DNA from: Candidatus Fermentibacteraceae bacterium
GTDB taxonomy: Bacteria > Fermentibacterota > Fermentibacteria > Fermentibacterales > JCC-6
Length of the DNA stretch: 27,135 nucleotides
Direction of reading: 5' to 3'
Assembly: GCA_041686025.1 (NCBI GenBank)
Contig: JAWLEP010000037.1
Span: forward strand, 1-27,135
Below, piece after piece: positions 1 through 7,056 of the stretch (the first letter of the stretch is position 1; each line of letters starts with the position of its first letter). The notes beneath the pieces are model-generated. The model saw nothing but the letters and a program-made list of their open reading frames with translations, had not been told where the DNA came from and searched no databases. Position numbers and translations under genes: made by a program.

Positions 1-581
1 GCGAGCATGCAGGCCGGAACGCGAGTGAACGCTGAGCAGGCCTCGAAAATTGTAATGCGGAGGCCGACCTGCCCTACAGCCAGGGAAGGCTGCCACTACG
101 GTGTAGGAGAGCAACGAGAGCAGCCGTCAGCTCCGCCGGGGTAGTGACGTCTGCATGTATGCGCAGGGAGAGGCAGGCAACACGGGAAGCCCCATTGGGT
201 GGCGCTTGCCGCCAACAGACGGCCCGTGAGGGCAGGGTCTGGCCCGATGTGGTGGCGGGCGGGCCCGTAGTACCGCAGAGGCCGGGTAACTCCGGTGGAG
301 GGCAGGGGCCTGGGCTCGGTGCGAGTGCATGAAGTGGCGAGAGCGAGGGGATTGGCCTTGAGCCTATCAACCCCGGACAGCGTTCAGAAGCTGCAGAGGG
401 CGCTACACGTCCGGAAGGCGTGATGCACCGCGCGAAAGCCGGATGCGGGAGAACCGCCCGTCCGGTTTGATGAGCGGGATGTGGAGACGGAGCAAGGCCT
501 GGCTATTGAGGCACCGGCAGACGAAAGGGTCGGCAAACAGATAGGCCATTCCTAAACCACCGCGCCACATCTCGACTCTAC
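1..581 (+). mobile_element. Group II intron, IIB-like (not IIC), ORF-less; 5' end lies upstream of the window
   Basis: Domain V AAGCCGGATGCGG-GAGAA-CCGC-CC-GTCCGGTTT at 436-468 with AGC triad at 437-439. Long domain VI: GAG-CGGGATGTGG 472-484 pairs with CCACATCTCG-A-CTC 565-578, bulged A575, terminal AC at 580-581. Domain III-like GTAGTACC...GGTAACTCCGGTGGAGGG at about 267-302. Id3 hairpin GCCGA-CCTG-loop-CAGG-GAAGGC at 63-90. Confidence 0.93.
358..423 (+). pseudogene. 21-aa remnant of the intron-encoded reverse transcriptase/maturase (internal deletion)
   Basis: TTG-start MSLSTPDSVQKLQRALHVRKA* lies between domain III and domain V. It resembles group II IEP N-termini (MSLxTPxxVQKLQxALH). 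No RT motifs remain. Confidence 0.75.
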
Positions 582-642
582 CGGAATTGCTGCCTGCTTA
601 GGAGCTGAGTCTATCGCAATCCGCTAAGCCTTAGTGTTATCA
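582..642 (+). other. attC site, right part (left arm interrupted by the intron)
   Basis: CGGAATTGC 582-590 pairs with GCAATCCG 616-623. L' CTAAGCC 624-630. R' core GTTATCA 636-642 is the exact reverse complement of TGATAAC 1247-1253 at the end of the next cassette. Confidence 0.82.
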
Positions 643-664
643 CTAAGAATGAAATACGCACCAC

Positions 665-693
665 TTGCATTCGCATGTAATCTCATATATGCT
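665..693 (+). promoter_or_regulatory. Putative sigma70 promoter of the first TA cassette
   Basis: TTGCAT 665-670, 17-bp spacer, TATGCT 688-693. Overlapped by CATATATG/CTATATG short repeats that could be the antitoxin operator. Confidence 0.55.
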
Positions 694-728
694 ATATGCA
701 CAGGAATGCATGCGCAAAGGAGAAGGAT

Positions 729-968
729 ATGACTAAGACCATTACTCTCAGGCTCAATGAGGAACGTTATCTGCGTTTTCGAAAACTCGCGGAAGAAGAT
801 AATCGGCCACTGTCAAATTTCATTGAAACCGCTGTTCTGCGATACATAGAAAACCAGGGATATGCAGACGAGTTTGAGATGTCTGAGATCAGAGGGAATA
901 AAGATCTTAACGAAAGTCTCCGTCGCGGTTTGAAGGATGCTGAAACCGGAAAAGGTAAATTTGCCTGA
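729..968 (+). CDS. Ribbon-helix-helix (CopG/RelB-like) antitoxin
   Basis: MTKTITLRLNEE...RPLSNFIETAV RHH pattern, acidic C-terminus, RBS AGAAGGA before ATG729, overlaps the toxin start. Confidence 0.8.
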   Translation: MTKTITLRLNEERYLRFRKLAEEDNRPLSNFIETAVLRYIENQGYADEFEMSEIRGNKDLNESLRRGLKDAETGKGKFA

Positions 969-1245
969 TTTCAGAATATTCCAAACAGATGAGTATCTGA
1001 AGAAAATGAGCAAGCTACCGGCTAATGAAGCTGAATTCCTCGAAAAGAAACTCAGGGAATATGTGTTTCCCCAGCTTCTGGTTGAGCCATTCTATGGAAA
1101 AAACATCAAGAAACTGAGAAAATATACGCCAACGACTTGGCGATATAGAATTGGGAAGTACAGATTATTCTATATTATAAATCCCAACGAAAAGATCATT
1201 TATCTATTAACCATGGATTTGCGGAAGGACGCATACAGAAATTAG
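961..1245 (+). CDS. RelE/ParE superfamily toxin
   Basis: Basic 94-aa protein with IKKL...WRYRIGKYRLFY...RKDAYR. TTG start overlaps the antitoxin stop. Confidence 0.88.
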   Translation: MPDFRIFQTDEYLKKMSKLPANEAEFLEKKLREYVFPQLLVEPFYGKNIKKLRKYTPTTWRYRIGKYRLFYIINPNEKIIYLLTMDLRKDAYRN

Positions 1246-1246
1246 T

Positions 1247-1324
1247 TGATAACAACTAAATGCAGCAGAGCTGCGCGAGATAACATGTTTGGGTAACGCA
1301 GCCTGCTGATTTAGAGTGTTAGGA
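1247..1324 (+). other. attC site (canonical)
   Basis: R'' TGATAAC; L'' AAAT-G-CAGCAG-A-GCTGCG pairs with CGCAGC-CTGCTG-ATTT, leaving extra-helical bases; R' GTTAGGA 1318-1324. Lies directly between a stop codon and the next RBS/ATG. Confidence 0.9.
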
Positions 1325-1329
1325 GAGAA

Positions 1330-2034
1330 ATGGAGAGGTTAGGCAAAAGCCTATCAGAGCTACAAATCCCTGATGATCTGCTTGCCCAGTGGCAACGCAT
1401 GGTTGACACCATGGCAGAACTAGCCAGCATCCCCGCAGGCTTGATCATGCGTATTAGGCAGGAAGATATCGAAGTATATGTTGCCAGCGCTACTAAAGAA
1501 ACCCCCTACCATACCGGTGATAGAGAGCATCTGCCGGGCTCCGGGTTGTACTGTGAAACAGTTATCAGCACCAGAGAGCCATTGCTGGTTCCGGATGCTT
1601 TGGCTGACCCGCATTGGAAGAACAATCCCGACGTCAAGCTGGGCATGATTTCATATCTGGGGTTCCCCATACTCTACCCGGATAACACCCCTTTTGGAAC
1701 CCTTTGCATTCTAGACAATAAGGCCAATGCATACAACGACACGATTTACAACATGCTTGACAATTTTCGCCAGCTTATTCAGCAGCATCTCGCCCTTCTC
1801 TACATGAATGCACAGCTCGGCGAGAAAAACACTGACCTCATGGCGTATCTTGGCGAGCTCCAATCACTACGCGGCCTCATCCCTATATGCGCCCGATGCA
1901 AGAAGATCAAGGATTCTCACGGGTATTGGAACGCTGTTGAAAAGTATCTGGTCAACCATCCGGAAGCCGACTTCACTCATAGCTACTGTCCAGAGTGCTA
2001 CGAAGAAATGCTAGAGGATATTGAAGACTCCTGA
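1330..2034 (+). CDS. GAF-domain protein with C-terminal Cys-rich (CxxC...CxxC) tail
   Basis: GLYCETVI...LLVPDALADPHW...SYLGFPI...FGTLCILD GAF motifs; tail LRGLIPICARCKKIKD...FTHSYCPEC. Confidence 0.85.
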   Translation: MERLGKSLSELQIPDDLLAQWQRMVDTMAELASIPAGLIMRIRQEDIEVYVASATKETPYHTGDREHLPGSGLYCETVISTREPLLVPDALADPHWKNNPDVKLGMISYLGFPILYPDNTPFGTLCILDNKANAYNDTIYNMLDNFRQLIQQHLALLYMNAQLGEKNTDLMAYLGELQSLRGLIPICARCKKIKDSHGYWNAVEKYLVNHPEADFTHSYCPECYEEMLEDIEDS

Positions 2035-2088
2035 CAACACGGGAACCTTATTGAAAATTGCTCCAAATTTCTAGAGATTATGTCAGGC
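2029..2088 (+). other. Degenerate attC site
   Basis: TCCTGAC contains the stop codon and has one mismatch to the complement of the cassette-start GTTAGGA. Ends in GTCAGGC 2082-2088. Weak internal stem GAAAATTG/CAAATTTC. Confidence 0.55.
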
Positions 2089-2102
2089 GTTTGCCGATAA
2101 GA

Positions 2103-2139
2103 TTGACAGGCATATCATGCCGTACGATATTGCGTACGG
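2103..2139 (+). promoter_or_regulatory. yefM-yoeB promoter and operator palindrome
   Basis: TTGACA 2103-2108. Inverted repeat CCGTACG-ATATTG-CGTACGG 2120-2139, resembling GTAC-core YefM/Phd operators. Confidence 0.65.
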
Positions 2140-2152
2140 GAGGTGGTACAGT

Positions 2153-2395
2153 ATGACCAACATTACTGCAACAGAAGCCCGAAAGCGACTCTACAAGCTT
2201 CTCGATGAAGTTGCTGAGTCCCATGAGCCTGTTCAGATAGCAGGAAAAAGGAACTCCGCAGTGCTGATCAGTGAAGACGATTGGAGATCAATTCGGGAGA
2301 CTCTCTATCTCACGAGCATTCCTGGAATGAGAGAGTCAATCAAGAAGGGCATGGAAACGCCAGTCGAAGAATGCGAGGAGGAGCTTGACTGGTGA
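2153..2395 (+). CDS. yefM: Phd/YefM family antitoxin
   Basis: TATEARKRLYKLLDEVAESHEPVQI...AVLISEDDW...ETLYLTSIPGMRESI; RBS GGAGG upstream of ATG2153. Confidence 0.92.
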   Translation: MTNITATEARKRLYKLLDEVAESHEPVQIAGKRNSAVLISEDDWRSIRETLYLTSIPGMRESIKKGMETPVEECEEELDW

Positions 2396-2655
2396 GTTGG
2401 CAACTTGTTTATACAAGACAAGCTAAGAAGGATTCTGAGAAGCTGGCAGGCTCAGGACTAGAGGAAAGGGCAGAAGAAAGATTGGAGAGGATTAAGGAAG
2501 ACCCATTCGAAACGCCTCCCCCTCTTGAGAAACTGGTAGGAGACCTTGCAGGCGCTTGTTCCAGGCGAATAAGCATTCAGCACAGGTTAGTGTATCAAGT
2601 GCTGGAAGAGAAGCATACGGTCAAGGTCTTACGGATGTGGACTCACTGTGGATAG
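2392..2655 (+). CDS. yoeB: Txe/YoeB family toxin (possibly attenuated)
   Basis: EKLVGDLAGACSRRISIQHRLVYQV...LRMWTH; GTGA overlap with yefM. Ends THCG rather than the usual THY. Confidence 0.88.
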   Translation: MSWQLVYTRQAKKDSEKLAGSGLEERAEERLERIKEDPFETPPPLEKLVGDLAGACSRRISIQHRLVYQVLEEKHTVKVLRMWTHCG

Positions 2656-2656
2656 G

Positions 2657-2737
2657 GGTGAACAGCTGCATGCAACGGCCGCGGGACCAGCTGACTGTGC
2701 GAGGGAGTTCCCGGGCTGCTTATGCAGAGCGTTAGAC
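2657..2737 (+). other. attC site
   Basis: GGTGAAC; CTGCAT-G-CAACGGCC-G-CGGGA pairs imperfectly with TCCCG-GGCTGCTT-ATGCAG; R' GTTAGAC 2731-2737. Confidence 0.8.
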
Positions 2738-2768
2738 AGGGTACGCTTAATGGAAGATAGGTGGTGAG

Positions 2769-3905
2769 ATGCGACTCCATGAATTTATCTTGACGCACCG
2801 TGAGCAGATCCTCATCGAATGGGAGACGTTTGCGGGCACCTGTGCGCCGGCGAGTAACACCATGGACGTGGAGGCACTTCGCGATCACGCGAAAGAGATG
2901 CTCATGGTGATCGCTGCTGATCTCAAGACTGACGAAGGCGATTTCCAGCGGTCGGAGAAGTCGAAGGGGCGTGCGCCGGATACCGACGAATCCGGTTTGA
3001 CGCCAGCCGAAAAGCATGGATCGGGACGGGCCGCGAGTGGGTTTACCGTGTTGCAGATCGTGGCTGAGTACCGTGCCCTTCGGGCCAGTGTGCTCCGACT
3101 GTGGACAAGGGAGTGCGGTGAGCTGAGATCCGCCGACATCGAGGACTTGACGCGATTCAACGAGGCTGTTGATCAGTTGCTCGCGGAATCCGTGGGGGAG
3201 TTCACCGAAGAGGTCGAGAACGCAAAGGAGATGTTTCTCGGCATCCTCGGGCACGACCTTCGCAATCCGCTGGGAGCGATCTACACCTCGGCCAAGTTGA
3301 TGCACGACAGCAAAGAGGTGAAGGAGCCGCACCGGACCCTCACATTGCGGATCACCGAATGCGCGATGCGAGCGACGCAGTTGGTCGGTGACCTGTTGGA
3401 CTTCACCCGGAGCCGCCTCGGCGGCGGCATACCGATCGATCGGGCGGAGATCAACCTGCGAAAGGTTGTGAATGACGTGGTCGACGAGATCATGGCCGCC
3501 CACCCCGAGCAGAAGGTCGAGGTAGAGACGGGCGAAGAACAGATCGGTCATTGGGACGCAGCGCGTATCAGCCAAGCCCTCACTAATCTGGTGGGCAATG
3601 CGGTCGAGCATGCTCCCCCGGGGACTACGGTAAGGGTCGAGCTTGGCGGCGATGAGAAGGATGTCGCGATCATGATCCACAACCGCGGCACCGCCATTCC
3701 AGCGGATCAGATGGACGGTATCTTCAACCCGATGAAGCTCAGCGCGGCGTCCCAGAAGCCCTCGGCTGAGGGTCCAACCGGAAGCCTCGGCCTGGGGCTC
3801 TACATCGCCGAGCGCATCGTGCATGCACACGGCGGGCGGATTGAAGTGGAGTCTTCAAAGGCCCGGGGGACCACCTTCACCGTTCACCTCCCCCGCGGCG
3901 ACTGA
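2769..3905 (+). CDS. Soluble sensor histidine kinase (RsbRD_N-like N-terminus, HisKA, HATPase_c)
   Basis: H-box LGHDLRNPL, N-box NLVGNAVEH, G-box SLGLGLYIAERIVHAHGG; N-terminal HGSGRAASGF...IVAEYRALR; no transmembrane segment. Confidence 0.92.
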   Translation: MRLHEFILTHREQILIEWETFAGTCAPASNTMDVEALRDHAKEMLMVIAADLKTDEGDFQRSEKSKGRAPDTDESGLTPAEKHGSGRAASGFTVLQIVAEYRALRASVLRLWTRECGELRSADIEDLTRFNEAVDQLLAESVGEFTEEVENAKEMFLGILGHDLRNPLGAIYTSAKLMHDSKEVKEPHRTLTLRITECAMRATQLVGDLLDFTRSRLGGGIPIDRAEINLRKVVNDVVDEIMAAHPEQKVEVETGEEQIGHWDAARISQALTNLVGNAVEHAPPGTTVRVELGGDEKDVAIMIHNRGTAIPADQMDGIFNPMKLSAASQKPSAEGPTGSLGLGLYIAERIVHAHGGRIEVESSKARGTTFTVHLPRGD

Positions 3906-3916
3906 GGCGGAAGGGT

Positions 3917-3990
3917 ATCTGGACGGCAAGCGCCGCGCCGGCTCGGTCTTCGGCCGCCCGCCGGGGCAGCTGACTGGCACGATGTCAGGC
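3917..3990 (+). other. Degenerate attC site
   Basis: ATCTGGAC (loosely like GTCTAAC, the complement of the cassette-start GTTAGAC), GC-rich imperfect hairpin, GTCAGGC 3984-3990; intergenic. Confidence 0.45.
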
Positions 3991-4026
3991 AGAAGGCACA
4001 TGCGGAATGCCCGTAGGGGCGGGCTT

Positions 4027-4578
4027 ATGGCGAGACTCAATGTTCATGGAGTAACGCTTGAGTGCTTGCAGGGTGATATTGCACATCAGCCTGATATGGA
4101 AGCCATCGTGAACGCAGCGAATGCGGAGCTGCGCATTGGTGGCGGGGTAGCCGGCGCCATTCATAGGGCTGCGGGCCCAGGCCTGGAGAGGGAATGTCGC
4201 CCGCTGGCTCCCATCCGTCCCGGTCAAGCGGTGATCACCGATGCGCACAATCTACCCAATCGGCATGTGATCCACTGCCTCGGCCCGGTTTTCGGAGCAG
4301 ACGAGCCTTCTGAAGAATTGCTGGCTTCATGCTATCGAAACGCGCTCCGCCTGGCAGAGCGGAACAAGATCGCTTCCATAGCCTTTCCGGCCATCTCGAC
4401 AGGTGCCTTTGGCTACCCGATGGAACCGGCGGCGAGGGTGGCATTCAAGACGGTGATAGATGCGTTGCCGCGGTTGTCATCGGTCAAGCATATTCGGTTC
4501 GTCCTGTTCCGTGATGCGGATGTACTTGTCCATGACGAAGTTATTGAGGAGTTGGTCGGATCGGATGATGCCGAATAA
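4027..4578 (+). CDS. Macrodomain protein (YmdB/MacroD-like ADP-ribose hydrolase or O-acetyl-ADP-ribose deacetylase)
   Basis: GDI...IVNAAN...GGGVAGAIHRAAG...VIHCLGP...AFPAISTGAFGYP. Confidence 0.93.
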   Translation: MARLNVHGVTLECLQGDIAHQPDMEAIVNAANAELRIGGGVAGAIHRAAGPGLERECRPLAPIRPGQAVITDAHNLPNRHVIHCLGPVFGADEPSEELLASCYRNALRLAERNKIASIAFPAISTGAFGYPMEPAARVAFKTVIDALPRLSSVKHIRFVLFRDADVLVHDEVIEELVGSDDAE

Positions 4579-4607
4579 TCCCGTTCGATACACCGAGATG
4601 TCTGCAC

Positions 4608-4899
4608 GTGAGTAGGGGATCGGATTTCCAGTGGGACGAGAAGAAGGACAAGAAGAACCAGAAGAACCAGAAGAAACACGGGAGTATCCTTCGCTTTGGC
4701 TCAACTGGCCTTTCTCGATCCCTACAGGATAATCCTGGAAGACCTATCGCCTAGCAAACAAGAGAAGCGGTACTATTGCATAGGCCGGGTGGCAGAGGGA
4801 ATGCTGACTGTGCGTTTCACATACAGAAACAGGCAGATCAGGATTTTCGGCGCAGGGTACTGGCGAAAGGCCAAGAAGATCTATGAACAGGAAAATTGA
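4608..4899 (+). pseudogene. brnT: BrnT family toxin, frameshifted
   Basis: The first frame gives FQWDEKKDKKNQKNQKKH. After one extra G in GGG 4680-4682 the next frame continues GVSFALAQLAFLDP...EKRYYCIG...LTVRFTYR...IRIFGAGYWRK. Confidence 0.85.
4653..4670 (+). repeat. 9-bp tandem duplication AAGAACCAG x2 inside brnT
   Basis: Directly visible; gives KNQKNQ. Confidence 0.85.
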
Positions 4900-5113
4900 A
4901 TACACGGACGAACCTATGGGCAAGGTCAGGAAGGTTGATGACTTCCTTCCTTCTCCGAAGGAATTGGCCCTAGAGGACGACACAATCAAGATCACCATCT
5001 CGCTCACCAGGCGAAGCGTTGAGTTCTTCAAGAAAGAGGCAGCACTGCATGATACCCAATACCAGAAGATGATCCGCAATCTTCTGGACGAGTATGCAGT
5101 CCACCACAAATAG
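4883..5113 (+). CDS. BrnA-like/CopG-type antitoxin
   Basis: DFLPSPKELA...KITISLTRRSVEFFK...YQKMIRNLLDEY; overlaps the brnT end. Confidence 0.85.
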   Translation: MNRKIEYTDEPMGKVRKVDDFLPSPKELALEDDTIKITISLTRRSVEFFKKEAALHDTQYQKMIRNLLDEYAVHHK

Positions 5114-5118
5114 AGGGG

Positions 5119-5198
5119 CCGTAACAACCGCATGAACTAAGCGCGGGGCAGCTGAGTGTGCGATAGCAGTATCTGCGCTGTCACGCGGAGTGTCAGGG
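5119..5198 (+). other. attC site with GTC core
   Basis: CCGTAAC; CCGCATGAAC..AGCGCGG pairs with CTGCGCT-GTCACGCGG; same AGT spacer as the other sites; R' GTCAGGG 5192-5198. Confidence 0.75.
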
Positions 5199-5216
5199 AT
5201 GCCAGAAGGAGAACAA

Positions 5217-6905
5217 ATGCTAGGCATAACTATGTTGATTTCTTCTGTTCTTACAGCGACGAGTGTTACAATAGCTGAACCTGTCGACGGAGAAACCTAC
5301 GACGGAGACTGGCTGCCGCTTAAGGTAATTGTTGAAAACGAAAACACTGTGCCGGATTCTGTACATTACACCCTCAATAGTGGAACTGTCACGCAGATTC
5401 CCAGGCTGAATACAGACTGGGATACGTACATGAGAGACAACAGCCGTAGAGGGAGCACCGAAGCCCCCGGACCTCTCACATCGGATGTCCTGTGGACTGC
5501 AAACGTTACCGGGACATATCACGAGTTCATCTCTCCAATAATCGTCGATGGCAGGCTATACCATGCCTCAGAAGATCAGGAAACTGCCTTCTGCCTTGAT
5601 GCTGCCACAGGCGAGATTCTCTGGAGCTTTCCCGGATTGGGTGACCCAATAGATGATGCTCTCGCATACGATAATGGCTACGTCTATGTTGCCTCGGATT
5701 CAGTCTGGTGTCTTGATGCTCTAACTGGTGAAAAAGTCTGGTCATACCTGGGACATGAGGACCATGTAATGGCGGGACCGCCGGCAATCAGAGGCGGAAT
5801 TCTCTACTCTGAGGAGTGGAAGCAGAACACGAGCTATATAACTGCCCTGAACAGTGCTACAGGAGCATTTATCTGGGAGAAATACCTTCCAACAAGAACG
5901 GCAAGCACCCTTACTGTGACGGATGACCTTGTTCTAGTACCAACAGCTAATGGGCCTCTATATGCTCTCTCCAGAGCAGATGGTGAAATCGTCTGGGAGT
6001 ATGAGAACTGCTCATACGGATTCTGGGATACTTCTCCCGTCGTTGTCGATGAAACCGTATTCATTGGAGGATTCGACGGGGTTAACTCGCTTGATCTCTC
6101 AAGCGGGTCTCCCAACTGGAAAACCGATATCGGAGGCAGAGTCGAGTGTACTCCCTGCTACTATGAAGGAAACCTATACGTTGGAGCAGCCTTTCCGGAA
6201 GCCGAAAAAAAGACCGTCTGTCTTGATTCCGAGACGGGTTCCGTGGTCTGGCAGTCTGAGGGAGGGTTGCATGCGTCCATGGGGGCCGCAGGCGGATATT
6301 TATACTGGGGGGATACCTGGGATGGCACTATCAACTGCACCGATGCCTCAAGTGGTGAATTGGTCTGGAGCTATCCTACGAACAGCAGCATCTGCGGGAT
6401 TGTATCATCACCGGCAATAGTAGATGGTGTAATGTTCATTGCAGCGACTGACTCATGTCTATACGCCTTTGGCGCAGGCTTCAAGTACACTTATCGAGAA
6501 GACTTCTTCTATGCCGACATCGGTGATAACGAGCTCATTGTCACATCCTGGGATGGTGGCGAATCTGTTGCCGCCGATACAATCAACTTCACTGTAACAG
6601 AGACAGGAACAGCCCTAGAACCCTCCAGGCAGTTGAGTTTATCGGCAAGTCCCAATCCTCTCACGCGCAGTACTGCATCGATCAGCTTTGATCTTGCTGA
6701 ACCCGGTCTGGTTTCTCTGAAGGTGTTTGATCTTGCGGGAAGGACCGTTGTCCATCTTATTGACCAGGAGATGGTTCAGGGAGAGCACTCAGTTCAGTGG
6801 AACGGGCAAGATCAATATGGAGAGGAGGTTTCTGCTGGCCTTTACCTCTGCAGGATGGAGGCAGACGGAGTTACGGAGACAACCGGACTGTGTCTATTGA
6901 AATGA
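5217..6905 (+). CDS. PQQ-like (BamB-type repeat) beta-propeller protein with Ig-like segments and C-terminal FlgD-Ig/T9SS-like sorting domain
   Basis: Repeated CLDAxTGExxW motifs; tail SPNP...ISFDL...VSLKVFDLAGRTV...GEHSVQWNG...SAGLYLCRM; hydrophobic N-terminus; RBS AGGAG before ATG5217. Confidence 0.88.
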   Translation: MLGITMLISSVLTATSVTIAEPVDGETYDGDWLPLKVIVENENTVPDSVHYTLNSGTVTQIPRLNTDWDTYMRDNSRRGSTEAPGPLTSDVLWTANVTGTYHEFISPIIVDGRLYHASEDQETAFCLDAATGEILWSFPGLGDPIDDALAYDNGYVYVASDSVWCLDALTGEKVWSYLGHEDHVMAGPPAIRGGILYSEEWKQNTSYITALNSATGAFIWEKYLPTRTASTLTVTDDLVLVPTANGPLYALSRADGEIVWEYENCSYGFWDTSPVVVDETVFIGGFDGVNSLDLSSGSPNWKTDIGGRVECTPCYYEGNLYVGAAFPEAEKKTVCLDSETGSVVWQSEGGLHASMGAAGGYLYWGDTWDGTINCTDASSGELVWSYPTNSSICGIVSSPAIVDGVMFIAATDSCLYAFGAGFKYTYREDFFYADIGDNELIVTSWDGGESVAADTINFTVTETGTALEPSRQLSLSASPNPLTRSTASISFDLAEPGLVSLKVFDLAGRTVVHLIDQEMVQGEHSVQWNGQDQYGEEVSAGLYLCRMEADGVTETTGLCLLK

Positions 6906-6910
6906 GGGCC

Positions 6911-6992
6911 ATATAGCAACTGCATGTATCAGGCGCAGAGGCAGCTGGACGGTTGAGGGCCGTTCCCGCGCTGGCTGTGCAGAGTGTCGGAA
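6911..6992 (+). other. Degenerate attC site with GTC core
   Basis: ATATAGC-AA-CTGCATGTATCAGGCGC pairs imperfectly with GCGCTGGCTGTGCAG, then AGT-GTCGGAA. Same layout as the sites at 2657 and 5119. Confidence 0.65.
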
Positions 6993-7056
6993 GAAACAGT
7001 TGTCAGGCGCTTCAGGGGAAAAGAACCCTGCCCGTGTCGACTCTCGGAGGGAGTCA

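Noticed and set aside
200..214. Hairpin TGGCG-CTTGC-CGCCA as EBS1
   Set aside because: It falls in the presumed domain II region. The GCCGA...GAAGGC-closed loop at 63-90 has the canonical Id3 context.
74..370. Short ORFs on both strands at the window start
   Set aside because: They lie in structured intron RNA and have no protein motifs.
3823..4026. N-terminal extension of the macrodomain ORF
   Set aside because: Overlaps the kinase end and an attC-like site; homology-like sequence starts at ATG4027.
4027..4578. Macrodomain as a DarG antitoxin or defence component
   Set aside because: No DarT or other ADP-ribosyltransferase nearby, and no DarG C-terminal domain.
582..6992. Spaced hairpins as a CRISPR array or rho-independent terminators
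   Set aside because: They are non-identical, separated by whole genes, lack U-tracts and have attC-type R/L boxes.
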